Shown: positions 9,706 through 18,321 of the stretch, piece after piece
Position numbering within the stretch: the stretch's first letter is position 1
Layout of the letters: the number at the start of each line of letters is the position of its first letter
The notes under the pieces: generated by a model
The model's database searches: none
The model's input: the letters and a program-made list of their open reading frames with translations, nothing else
What the model was told of the DNA's origin: nothing
Assembly (NCBI GenBank): GCA_964650515.1
Contig: CAZYUB010000004.1
Coordinates: 69,541-133,540, forward strand
DNA length: 64,000 nt
Source: an uncultured Planctomycetia bacterium
Lineage (GTDB): Bacteria > Omnitrophota > Gorgyraeia > Pluralincolimonadales > Pluralincolimonadaceae
Reading direction: 5' to 3'
Position numbers and translations under genes: made by a program

Positions 9706-10932
9706 ATGCTTAGATCAGTATTGCTAATATGCCTCGCCGCAATGATGCTCCTGCCAGCCGATTACGCATATTCGGTAATGGTCGGCAAGAACCTGCTCGC
9801 GAACAACAGTTTTGAGAACCGCCCCGGGTTCAAGGACCAGGACCCGCGCGATTGGGGGAGCTGGAACAACGCCTTTAACGGGCTGTCCACTACCGAGAGG
9901 AGGAGGGGGCAGCAGTCGGTATATTTCTTATGCCCCAAACAGGGGGAGTCCACGGGCGTCTTCTATACTTATAAGAAGGTCAAACCGGGGAACAAATACA
10001 TATTCCGCTGCTATGTGATGAACTCCCGTGAGGAGCCGATATCCGGCCAGGCCTTCGGCCAGTTGAGCATAGAGTGGAGGAAGACGACGAAGGACAAGGA
10101 CAATAAGGACGTGCAGGTAGAGATAAGCAGGGATTTCGGGCAGAAGTTCGGGCAGAACCTGCCGTGCCTGAAATGGACGCTTGCGTCAATTTCGGCTATA
10201 GCCCCGCAGGACGCGGATAACTGCAATTTCGTCATCCAATTCTTCAATGACACGAACGGCAACGGGAAGTTCTTCGCGGACGACGTGTCGGCCGAAGAGA
10301 TCGACAAGAACATAGCCCTGAAGGACTACGCCCTCGGCAAGACGGGCCCTAAGAACACCCCGTCCTCTTCCGTCCCGTCCCTCGCCGCGTCCGGCTCCGG
10401 GCTCGGGCCTTCGGGCGCGCAGCTGCTTGCCGCGGATTACGATTCCGGGGACAAGCCGAACAACGTAGGCGGCGATATGGGGTGCTGGAACAAAGACCCG
10501 AACGACAAGTCGCAGGGATGCAGCATGAGCTTTACCGGCGAGGGTTCCGGCCGCGGTGGGAAAGGCCGGGTGCTCGCACTCGATTATGACGTCGATTCGC
10601 CTAATGAGGCATTTGACGGCTATTGGATGACGCTGCAGAATAAGGACGTCTCCGCCTACAATAAACTCAGCTTGTGGATAAGGGGCGACACCGAGAAGGG
10701 CTTCTCGAAATCGATAAAGATAGAGCTTAAGAACTCCGCGAAGGAGCAGTCCACATATACCCTTTCCGGCATAACGGGGGAATGGAAGAGGTTCGTTATC
10801 CCGTTAAGCGCGTTTAGCGAGTTGAAGAGCTATTCCTCAATGACGGAATTCGTCATACGCTTTGACGATAAGGTCAATGCCGACAAGAAAGAAGGAAGGA
10901 TCTACGTCGACGATATCGCGTTTACCGAATGA
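9706..10932 (+). CDS. Secreted two-domain protein: family X CBM-like domain plus family Y domain (GDKPNNVGGD...)
   Basis: Signal peptide. The N-terminal half aligns with 9121 (GQLSIEW, CNFVIQFF, FFADDV). A Ser/Gly linker follows. The C-terminal half aligns with 11814..12395 (DSGDKPNNVGGDMGCWNKDPND...VDYDVDSPN...IYVDDIAF). Confidence 0.6.
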   Translation: MLRSVLLICLAAMMLLPADYAYSVMVGKNLLANNSFENRPGFKDQDPRDWGSWNNAFNGLSTTERRRGQQSVYFLCPKQGESTGVFYTYKKVKPGNKYIFRCYVMNSREEPISGQAFGQLSIEWRKTTKDKDNKDVQVEISRDFGQKFGQNLPCLKWTLASISAIAPQDADNCNFVIQFFNDTNGNGKFFADDVSAEEIDKNIALKDYALGKTGPKNTPSSSVPSLAASGSGLGPSGAQLLAADYDSGDKPNNVGGDMGCWNKDPNDKSQGCSMSFTGEGSGRGGKGRVLALDYDVDSPNEAFDGYWMTLQNKDVSAYNKLSLWIRGDTEKGFSKSIKIELKNSAKEQSTYTLSGITGEWKRFVIPLSAFSELKSYSSMTEFVIRFDDKVNADKKEGRIYVDDIAFTE

Positions 10933-10998
10933 TGAGTTTTTTTATCCGCGCCTGCTCACGCGGGCAATTAATTCCCTAAAAATAGCAATTTAGTATTC

Positions 10999-11027
10999 TT
11001 GACAACGACCTATTCACATGGTAAATT
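10999..11027 (+). promoter_or_regulatory. Sigma70-like promoter (TTGACA, 17 nt, TAAATT) upstream of PEP-CTERM copy 1
   Basis: Consensus -35 and -10 with 17-nt spacer. Preceded by the conserved AAAATAGCAATTTAGTATTC element shared with copy 2. Confidence 0.5.
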
Positions 11028-11083
11028 TCCTGTAATGCCCTCGGGGGCAATAGGTTGTCAAAAACATGAAAGGGGGTGGGAGA

Positions 11084-11693
11084 GTGAAGAAAATTTTCTT
11101 CCTCGGGTTAGTAGTTGGGTTAGTACTTTCATTGTCTTCAGCAGCGCACGCCAACATGCTGGTGAATTCCAGCTTCGAGACACCGATGGGTGATAACGCT
11201 GATCCCGACGGTTGGTGGGGTCTTCGTGAATTCCCGACCGCGACGGACGTAGTGATGAAGACGTCGACAGCGGAGAAGTATTCCGGCGCGCAGAGCGGCA
11301 GGATCACCATGACGGCCAATACCACAACGCCCAGGAACTTGTGGGCGGGATGGGGCCAGGAAGTAAGCATCGGAGGCGGGCAGCAGATTACGGCTTCTAC
11401 GTGGCTCAAGGCCACAGCCCGTAATTACGCGAACCCCAAGCTCCAGCTTGAGTTCAAGGACATGGGCGGCGTACAGATCAACAAGACGTCTGTAGCGGCC
11501 CCGACCGGAACGTTCGACTGGACGAACCTCACGACCACGGTGACGACACCGGTAGGCACGGAGACGGTCCTCGTCAACCTTCTCGTTGAGAAGACCTCTG
11601 GCGGCGCCAGCGGTGAGTTCTACTGGGACGACGCATCGATCGATATCGCTGCCGTTCCGGAACCGGCAAGCCTGCTTTTACTCGGCTCGGGCC
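11084..11693. repeat. Direct repeat, copy A of the roughly 610-bp duplicated PEP-CTERM gene body
   Basis: Translated ORFs on both strands are identical between the copies (the antisense MALSHVEAVICCPPP... ORFs match over 130 aa), implying near-perfect nucleotide identity. Confidence 0.8.
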
Positions 11694-11728
11694 TCGTAGG
11701 CCTGCTCGGCCTGAGAAAGAGGAAGTAA
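11084..11728 (+). CDS. PEP-CTERM sorting-domain protein with CBM-like domain (copy 1)
   Basis: GTG start 7 nt after GGGGGTGGGAG. Signal peptide present. The C-terminus VPEPASLLLLGSGLVGLLGLRKRK is PEP motif, TM helix and basic tail. Confidence 0.75.
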   Translation: MKKIFFLGLVVGLVLSLSSAAHANMLVNSSFETPMGDNADPDGWWGLREFPTATDVVMKTSTAEKYSGAQSGRITMTANTTTPRNLWAGWGQEVSIGGGQQITASTWLKATARNYANPKLQLEFKDMGGVQINKTSVAAPTGTFDWTNLTTTVTTPVGTETVLVNLLVEKTSGGASGEFYWDDASIDIAAVPEPASLLLLGSGLVGLLGLRKRK

Positions 11729-11749
11729 CCAGTAAGGTAAATAGATAAC

Positions 11750-11779
11750 GGATGGCCCCTTAAGAAAAAGGGGCCATCC
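11750..11779 (+). terminator. Perfect hairpin (GGATGGCCCCT / AGGGGCCATCC) after PEP-CTERM copy 1
   Basis: 11-bp perfect stem with an 8-nt loop. There is no strong T-tract, so this may be an attenuator or processing site. Confidence 0.45.
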
Positions 11780-11813
11780 AGTTTAAGAAACCCAGGAGGG
11801 TCAAGAAAACCAG

Positions 11814-12395
11814 ATGAATAAGATAAAGGGATATTTTGCGGTACTGATCGTCGCCCTGGCCGTATCCGGGTCTTCATATGCCGCGACGCTGGTGATAGCT
11901 GATTTTGATACCGGAGACAAGCCGAACAACGTCGGCGGAGATTTCGGCGCGTGGGACAAGGACCCGAATGACACTACGCAGGGATGCAAGATCAATTTCA
12001 ACCCGGACACCAAGCACGGTGACAAAGGTTTCGCCCTCCAGGTGGATTATGATGTGGATTCCCCCAACCCCGCTTATAACGGCGTATGGATGAAGCTCAA
12101 CAGCACTGACGGGACCCAGTATGATAAGGTCACGTTCTGGATAAAGGGCGACGAGGTCGCCGGCTTCTCCCCGAAGATGAAGCTTGAGATAAAGAACGAC
12201 AAGGGAGAGGTAGGGAAGTACGTAGTGTCGAATATAACGAAGGACTGGCAGGAGGTCTCCATACCGCTGAGCTCTTTCGGCGGGCTGACGGACAAGAGCT
12301 CGCTGTCCGAGTTCGTTATCGTATTTGACGATATGACCTGTGCCGCAAAGAAACAGGGCACCGTTTACATCGATGATATCGCATTCGTGAAATAG
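11814..12395 (+). CDS. Secreted family Y beta-sandwich protein (GDKPNNVGGD family)
   Basis: Signal peptide (MNKIKGYFAVLIVALAVSGSSYA), then ATLVIADFDTGDKPNNVGGDFGAWDKDPND...VDYDVDSPN...VYIDDIAF. RBS is CAGGAGGG. Confidence 0.6.
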   Translation: MNKIKGYFAVLIVALAVSGSSYAATLVIADFDTGDKPNNVGGDFGAWDKDPNDTTQGCKINFNPDTKHGDKGFALQVDYDVDSPNPAYNGVWMKLNSTDGTQYDKVTFWIKGDEVAGFSPKMKLEIKNDKGEVGKYVVSNITKDWQEVSIPLSSFGGLTDKSSLSEFVIVFDDMTCAAKKQGTVYIDDIAFVK

Positions 12396-12405
12396 GTCAT
12401 TAAGA

Positions 12406-12434
12406 CCCCGCGGGTACTATAAGTGCCCGCGGGG
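12406..12434 (+). terminator. Hairpin (CCCCGCGGG / CCCGCGGGG) after gene 11814..12395
   Basis: 9-bp GC stem immediately downstream of the stop codon. Confidence 0.4.
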
Positions 12435-12469
12435 GCAATATAGTCCACAAAAATAGCAAATTTGTAGTC

Positions 12470-12498
12470 TTGACAAAAGCAGTAATCAGTGATAAACT
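12470..12498 (+). promoter_or_regulatory. Sigma70-like promoter (TTGACA, 17 nt, TAAACT) upstream of PEP-CTERM copy 2
   Basis: Same architecture and the same upstream AAAATAGCAAATTTGTAGTC element as copy 1. The leader to the GTG start is about 140 nt. Confidence 0.5.
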
Positions 12499-12640
12499 TT
12501 AGAAAGCTCAAAGACATCCTTGTTAATACAACCGTGGCATATTTTTTTTGATAAAAGATGCCCACGAGGGCAGAGGCAGTAAAAGGACATTCGAGGTTTC
12601 GGGGAGATAAGCAAAATCAATGACGGAAGGAGGTGAACAA

Positions 12641-13250
12641 GTGAAGAAAATTTTCTTCCTCGGGTTAGTAGTTGGGTTAGTACTTTCATTGTCTTCAGCA
12701 GCGCACGCCAACATGCTGGTGAATTCCAGCTTCGAGACACCGATGGGTGATAACGCTGATCCCGACGGTTGGTGGGGTCTTCGTGAATTCCCGACCGCGA
12801 CGGACGTAGTGATGAAGACGTCGACAGCGGAGAAGTATTCCGGCGCGCAGAGCGGCAGGATCACCATGACGGCCAATACCACAACGCCCAGGAACTTGTG
12901 GGCGGGATGGGGCCAGGAAGTAAGCATCGGAGGCGGGCAGCAGATTACGGCTTCTACGTGGCTCAAGGCCACAGCCCGTAATTACGCGAACCCCAAGCTC
13001 CAGCTTGAGTTCAAGGACATGGGCGGCGTACAGATCAACAAGACGTCTGTAGCGGCCCCGACCGGAACGTTCGACTGGACGAACCTCACGACCACGGTGA
13101 CGACACCGGTAGGCACGGAGACGGTCCTCGTCAACCTTCTCGTTGAGAAGACCTCTGGCGGCGCCAGCGGTGAGTTCTACTGGGACGACGCATCGATCGA
13201 TATCGCTGCCGTTCCGGAACCGGCAAGCCTGCTTTTACTCGGCTCGGGTT
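12641..13250. repeat. Direct repeat, copy B of the roughly 610-bp duplicated PEP-CTERM gene body
   Basis: See copy A. Identity ends just before the C-terminal tail codons. Confidence 0.8.
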
Positions 13251-13288
13251 TAGTTGGTTTGTTTGGTGTTTCAAGAAGGAAGAAGTAA
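12641..13288 (+). CDS. PEP-CTERM sorting-domain protein with CBM-like domain (copy 2, identical mature sequence)
   Basis: GTG start after GGAAGGAGGTG. The protein is identical to copy 1 through LLLLGSGLVGL, then the tail diverges (FGVSRRKK). Confidence 0.75.
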   Translation: MKKIFFLGLVVGLVLSLSSAAHANMLVNSSFETPMGDNADPDGWWGLREFPTATDVVMKTSTAEKYSGAQSGRITMTANTTTPRNLWAGWGQEVSIGGGQQITASTWLKATARNYANPKLQLEFKDMGGVQINKTSVAAPTGTFDWTNLTTTVTTPVGTETVLVNLLVEKTSGGASGEFYWDDASIDIAAVPEPASLLLLGSGLVGLFGVSRRKK

Positions 13289-13405
13289 ATAGTTTGACAG
13301 TTTGCAGGATTGGCTCCGCAAAAGTCTCATCCCCCAAAAATAAGATAGATGCGGGGCCAATCCTGTAAGCAGGGCTATCCGGGACCCTGAAAGGGCGCAA
13401 AGTTA

Positions 13406-13434
13406 TTGCGCTCATGGGCAAAAAGTCATATAAT
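13406..13434 (+). promoter_or_regulatory. Sigma70-like promoter (TTGCGC, 17 nt, TATAAT) for the discoidin-GH gene
   Basis: Consensus -10 TATAAT with 17-nt spacer. It is preceded by a long inverted repeat at about 13300..13362 (CAGGATTGGC...GCCAATCCTG). Confidence 0.5.
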
Positions 13435-13463
13435 AAACGCAAATATCCCGGAGGCCACAGGTT

Positions 13464-16400
13464 ATGGAAAAGAATTTCAGGTCAGCGATAGCCTTATTAT
13501 CCCGCCTTTTCATCATTGCCGCATTTACGGTCAATTTCGCGCAGGCAGATGCCCTGCAGGTTACCGCGTCGTCAAGCGAGAGCAACCTTTACGGGCCTGC
13601 TAACGCCATGGACGGCAATTACCAGAGCAGGTGGAGCAGCGTTTTTTCCGACCCGCAATGGCTTCTTATAGACCTCGGTGAAAAGAAGGACGTCGCGGGC
13701 ATTTCTATAAGATGGGAGGCCGCCTTCGGGAAATCCTATGAGGTGCAGTTGTCCGACGATAAATCCGCCTGGAGGACGGTCTTCACGGCCTCCGAGAGCG
13801 ACGGCGGCACCGATGAGATATATTTCAGGAAGGCCCCCGCAAGATATATAAGGATATTCATGAAGGAGCGCGGCACTTTCTGGGGTTATTCGATACTCGA
13901 ACTGTCCGTGAAGGGCGCGGATGAAGAGCCGGCCGTTACCGGTTCCTCGACCCAGCAGGGCAGCGACCCCTTCAACGCTTTTGACGGGGACCGCTCGACC
14001 GAATGGCTCAACGATTCATGCTCGGACGCGTGGATATCGGTAGACCTAAGGAAGCCGAAGGATATAGGCGGCGTGCAGCTGAACTGGGGGCTGAATTACG
14101 CGAAATCATACGATATATTCACTTCGGACGACGGGAACTCCTGGAGGAAGGCCTATTCCACAGAAAAAGGCAACGGGAGCAAGGACCTGATATATCTCGA
14201 CGCAACGAGGGCCCGGCATATAAAGATATCATGCAGGGAGAGCAATACCGGTTGCGGTTATTCGATAAAGGATATCTCGCTCAAAGGCCCCGACGAGTCC
14301 GCGACGCCGCAGAGGCATTATGAGCTGCTGGCGGAAGAGTCGCCCGCGGGCTATTACCCGAAATGGCTTTCTAAACAGCAGGCATACTGGACGGTCGCCG
14401 GGATAGACGGGGACGACAAGGAGAGCCTGTTGTGCGAGGACGGCACGATAGAGCCCTATTGGCAGAGTTTCTCCCTGATGCCATATCTTTATACCGGCAC
14501 GGGGGGCTTTATTACTTCGGGCAACTCCAAGGTCACCCAGTCGATGGAGAAAGGGTACCTGCCCATTCCGTCGGTCGAGTGGGAGCGGGACGGGATAATA
14601 TTCACGCAGCGGCTGTTCGCCTCGGGTGAACGCGGAAAATCCGCGTCATACGCGTGGTATACGATAGAGAACACCGCGAAGGAGGAAGTCGCCGGGAAAT
14701 TCTTCCTTACGGTAAGGCCTTTCCAGGTGAACCCGCCGTGGCAATACGGGGGGCTCTCCGAGATAAGGAGCATTTCCTGCGAGGACGCGGATATGCCCGC
14801 CGTAAAGGTCAACGGCCTGCCGGCCGTCATATCGATGTCGAAGCCCGACGCCTTCGGCGCGGTAAGGTATAAGCAGGACGATATCGTGAACATCATAGAA
14901 TCCGGCAAGGTCCCGGCGGAGAGGTCCGTTAATGACCCCGACAAGTTCGCTTCGGGCGCGCTTGAGTTCGCTTTCGACCTGAAGCCGGGCAGGAAGGCGG
15001 ATTACTATTTCGCTATACCGTTGCATGGCTGCGACAGCGTGCAGGGCCTGCCGAAGAAACCGGGCAATGCCGCAGGCCATTTCGCGAAACTCCTTAAAGA
15101 CCAGAAGAAATACTGGGAGGCGAAGCTCGATGCCGTGCAGATAGACGTGCCGGACCGGGAGATCGTGGACGCGATGAAGGCGAACCTCGGTTATATCCTG
15201 ATAAACAAGGACCTGCTGAAACTTCAGCCCGGCTCGCGCAATTACAAGAAGGCCTGGATGCGCGACGGCGCGCTGATATCGGCCGCAATGCTGAGGATGG
15301 GCTATAACAACGACGTAAAGGAATTCCTGGACTGGATAGCGAAGAGGCAGTACCCGAACGGGATGGTGCCTTTCATGCTGGAAGAGGGCGGCATGCCGGG
15401 CTGGGCCAAGGACTGGAAGGAATATGACAGCCAGGGCGAGTTCATATTCGCGATATACGACTATTATTGCTTTACCGGAGACAGGGAGTTCCTCGAGCAG
15501 AAGTGGCCTAATATAGAGAAGGCGCTTAAGTTCCTGGTGGAGCTCAGGAAGCAGAGGCTCACCGACCAGTACTGCAAGGGCCCCGACTCGAAGAGAGTGT
15601 TCTGCGGCATCCTGCCGGAGTCGAACAGCCACGAAGGGTATTTCCCGGCTATGCACAGCTACTGGGACGATTTCTGGGCGCTGAAAGGATGGGAGGACGC
15701 GGGTTCCATCGCGAAAATACTCGGCAAGGAGGACGCGGCCAAATGGATAGACGCCGAGAAGGCATCGTTCAGGAAGTCGGTATACGACTCGATAAGCCTT
15801 GTGATGAAGGTGCATAAGATAGATTTCATACCGGGCTGCGCGGACAAAGGCGATTTCGACGCGACGTCGACGGCGCAGGGCATCTACCCCTGCGGCGAGG
15901 GCAGGTACATGCCGCAGCCCCAGCTGAATAACACGTTCGAAAGGTACCTTAAGGATTCGCTGAGGCCCAGGTACAAGGACGATTGGAAAGGCGGATTCAC
16001 CCCTTACGAGATACGCTCGATATCCGCGCTGATAATGATGGGCGAAAGGGAGAAGGCCTTCGAGATGCTGGAATATTTCCAGACCGTAAAACGCCCGCGC
16101 GCATGGAACCACTGGGCGGAGGTCGTGTTCAGCGGATACCGCCATCCGCAGTACCTCGGGGATATGCCCCATACGTGGATAGGCGCGGAATATATATGCG
16201 CCGTAAGGAATATGTTCGTATACGAGGACGGCGGCAAGCTCGTTCTCGGCGCCGGCATACCGAAGGAATGGGCCGACTCCGGCAAGGCGATAAAGGCGGA
16301 GAGGATGCCGACATACTTCGGAGATATAAGCTATACGCTGAGGCCTTGCTCGAAAGGGCTGAAGCTTGAGGTCCGGGGGAAGGCGAGGCCTCCGGAAGGG

Positions 16401-16490
16401 TTCCTGTTCAGGGACCCGGGGACAGGGAAAGAGTTTACATTTAACAAGTTGCCTGCTAATATAATAATATCAGGCAAAGGGGACGAATGA
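13464..16490 (+). CDS. Secreted glycoside hydrolase: two N-terminal F5/8 type C (discoidin) domains plus (alpha/alpha)6-barrel GH domain (GH15/GH63/GH100-like clan)
   Basis: Signal peptide. Two repeats carry the discoidin signature (NAMDGNYQSRWSS...WLLIDLG...YEVQLSDD and NAFDGDRSTEWLND...WISVDLR...YDIFTSDDG). The downstream W.RDGALIS motif region is typical of six-hairpin glycosidases. Confidence 0.7.
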   Translation: MEKNFRSAIALLSRLFIIAAFTVNFAQADALQVTASSSESNLYGPANAMDGNYQSRWSSVFSDPQWLLIDLGEKKDVAGISIRWEAAFGKSYEVQLSDDKSAWRTVFTASESDGGTDEIYFRKAPARYIRIFMKERGTFWGYSILELSVKGADEEPAVTGSSTQQGSDPFNAFDGDRSTEWLNDSCSDAWISVDLRKPKDIGGVQLNWGLNYAKSYDIFTSDDGNSWRKAYSTEKGNGSKDLIYLDATRARHIKISCRESNTGCGYSIKDISLKGPDESATPQRHYELLAEESPAGYYPKWLSKQQAYWTVAGIDGDDKESLLCEDGTIEPYWQSFSLMPYLYTGTGGFITSGNSKVTQSMEKGYLPIPSVEWERDGIIFTQRLFASGERGKSASYAWYTIENTAKEEVAGKFFLTVRPFQVNPPWQYGGLSEIRSISCEDADMPAVKVNGLPAVISMSKPDAFGAVRYKQDDIVNIIESGKVPAERSVNDPDKFASGALEFAFDLKPGRKADYYFAIPLHGCDSVQGLPKKPGNAAGHFAKLLKDQKKYWEAKLDAVQIDVPDREIVDAMKANLGYILINKDLLKLQPGSRNYKKAWMRDGALISAAMLRMGYNNDVKEFLDWIAKRQYPNGMVPFMLEEGGMPGWAKDWKEYDSQGEFIFAIYDYYCFTGDREFLEQKWPNIEKALKFLVELRKQRLTDQYCKGPDSKRVFCGILPESNSHEGYFPAMHSYWDDFWALKGWEDAGSIAKILGKEDAAKWIDAEKASFRKSVYDSISLVMKVHKIDFIPGCADKGDFDATSTAQGIYPCGEGRYMPQPQLNNTFERYLKDSLRPRYKDDWKGGFTPYEIRSISALIMMGEREKAFEMLEYFQTVKRPRAWNHWAEVVFSGYRHPQYLGDMPHTWIGAEYICAVRNMFVYEDGGKLVLGAGIPKEWADSGKAIKAERMPTYFGDISYTLRPCSKGLKLEVRGKARPPEGFLFRDPGTGKEFTFNKLPANIIISGKGDE

Positions 16491-17485
16491 GCGCAAAGAC
16501 ACTCGAAGAACTGGCGGAAAAACTTAAGGTATCGCGCAGGACCATCTCGCGCGCACTGAAGAACGACGTGAACGTCGCGAGCGAGACGCGCCGCCGCATA
16601 CTCGATTACCTGGAGAAGGACAAATATTTCCCGAATGTCCATGCCGCGAGCCTGGCGTCCAAGAAGATAAACGTCATCGGGCTTATTTTCCCCAAGAACG
16701 CCTTCCTGCACGCCGACTTCTTCGCTATAGACACGATAAAAGGCGCGGCCAAGTTCGCGAACGAGAATAATTACCAGCTGATGATGTTCACGCAGAACAA
16801 GTTCGACAGCGACCAGTGCCTTCAGATGTATAAGAGCAAGCTCGTCGGCGGGCTCATGATAGTCGCGATATCCAAGGACGATACGGAAAAGATAGAAGAG
16901 CTCAGGAAGAACCATGTCCCGGTCGCGCTGCTCTTCGCCTATTCGGACGCGGTGGATTCCTTCGGTTGCGACAACAAGCGCGGCGGATACATAGCGACGA
17001 AGCACCTGATAGATACAGGGAAGAAAAGGATCGCTTTCATACACGGCCACGAGAACTGGTTCGATTCCGCGGAAAGGTTCGAAGGGTACAAGAAGGCGCT
17101 TGAGGATGCCGGCATGCCGTTCAGGCAGGAGTATGTCGAGCGCGGCTACTTCAGGTATGAGGATGCCCAGGAAGCGACGAAGAAGCTGATGGCGCTCGAT
17201 AACCCGCCCGATGGCATATTTTCAGCGAACGACAGGATGGCCATAGGCGTCATCAGGGCCCTTAAGGTGGCGGGAAAGAAGGTGCCCGAGGACGTCGCCG
17301 TGATAGGATTCGACAATATACCCATTTGCGATTTCTTCGACCCGCCCATAACTACCGTCGCGCAGCCGGTAATGGAGATCGCCTATACCGCCGGCAACGA
17401 CCTGCTGGATTCCATCAATTCCCCGCACAAGAAACCGCGCCTGCGCCACCTGGAACCGAGCCTCGTAATACGCAAATCCGCCTGA
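16487..17485 (+). CDS. LacI-family transcriptional regulator
   Basis: N-terminal HTH (LEELAEKLKVSRRTISRALKND.NVASETRRRI) and a periplasmic-binding-protein-like sugar-binding fold. ATGA overlap with the upstream GH gene. Confidence 0.85.
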   Translation: MSAKTLEELAEKLKVSRRTISRALKNDVNVASETRRRILDYLEKDKYFPNVHAASLASKKINVIGLIFPKNAFLHADFFAIDTIKGAAKFANENNYQLMMFTQNKFDSDQCLQMYKSKLVGGLMIVAISKDDTEKIEELRKNHVPVALLFAYSDAVDSFGCDNKRGGYIATKHLIDTGKKRIAFIHGHENWFDSAERFEGYKKALEDAGMPFRQEYVERGYFRYEDAQEATKKLMALDNPPDGIFSANDRMAIGVIRALKVAGKKVPEDVAVIGFDNIPICDFFDPPITTVAQPVMEIAYTAGNDLLDSINSPHKKPRLRHLEPSLVIRKSA

Positions 17486-17493
17486 TTGCCGTA

Positions 17494-17522
17494 TTGCGCC
17501 TGCCCTTTATTCGTGCTATAAT
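17494..17522 (+). promoter_or_regulatory. Sigma70-like promoter (TTGCGC, 17 nt, TATAAT) upstream of DUF116-shc
   Basis: Consensus match in the 46-nt intergenic region. Confidence 0.45.
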
Positions 17523-17531
17523 CATCAGCCT

Positions 17532-18320
17532 ATGAAAGAGACCGGCAAGGGAAAGAGGATCGAGGACAGGTTATTAGGGGACGAATGGGCAGATTGGAAG
17601 CCCGGCACAGGAGCCGAGGGCTCATCCGAAGCCCCGAAATCCCTTTTTCTGGTGTTTTCTCTCCTTGTTTTATCCCTGTTATTGCTTGGCATCTGGCTGT
17701 TCTGGTACCTTGCTTTCCCGAGGTTTGAGAGCTTCGGGCCGGGGTTCGTGCCGGCTGCCGGGGCGGTATTCGTCGCGCTCGGGTGCGCGCTGGCGGTGTG
17801 GTATGCCTCGCAGGCCCTGTCGGCGGCGTTCAAGGCAAAGCTGACGCCCTCTTTTGTTGCCAGCAGGCTATCGCTGAGGGTGCTTTTGCCCGGAGCCGTC
17901 AGGATAGCGTCGTTGTTCGGCATAACAAGGGACAGGATAGGGAGCTCGTTCATAAAGTTCCACAACGACCTCATGTATGCGACGGGGACCGGAAGGTCCG
18001 TCAAGAAGATATTGATACTGCTGCCGAGATGCCTCTCGGCGGAAATAAGGAACAAGATCAAGGAACTCGGGGAAAGGTACGAGTTCACCGCATATACCGC
18101 TTTCGGCGGCGATGAGGCGCGGAAGGCCATAAAGGATAACCGCCCGGATGCCGTCATCGGGATCGCGTGCGAAAGGGACCTCATCTCGGGGATACAGGAT
18201 ACGGCCCCGAAGATGCCGGTCTTCGGCCTTGCCAATAAGCGCCCGGAAGGCCCTTGCAAGAACACCTCCATAGATATGGGCGAGTTGGAAAGGATCGTCA
18301 GGTACTGCCTCACTAAATAA
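17532..18320 (+). CDS. DUF116-family membrane-associated protein
   Basis: N-terminal TM helices, then the conserved LLPRCLSAE...IACERDLISG core that I recognise as DUF116. Confidence 0.55.
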   Translation: MKETGKGKRIEDRLLGDEWADWKPGTGAEGSSEAPKSLFLVFSLLVLSLLLLGIWLFWYLAFPRFESFGPGFVPAAGAVFVALGCALAVWYASQALSAAFKAKLTPSFVASRLSLRVLLPGAVRIASLFGITRDRIGSSFIKFHNDLMYATGTGRSVKKILILLPRCLSAEIRNKIKELGERYEFTAYTAFGGDEARKAIKDNRPDAVIGIACERDLISGIQDTAPKMPVFGLANKRPEGPCKNTSIDMGELERIVRYCLTK

Positions 18321-18321
18321 T

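Noticed and set aside
11043-11065. Shared 11-mer CGGGGGCAATA, with a loosely similar continuation, also found at 12429..12455.
   Set aside because: Its position relative to the promoters differs between the two copies, and in copy 2 it is simply the 3' arm of the upstream terminator hairpin. It is not convincing as a regulatory motif.
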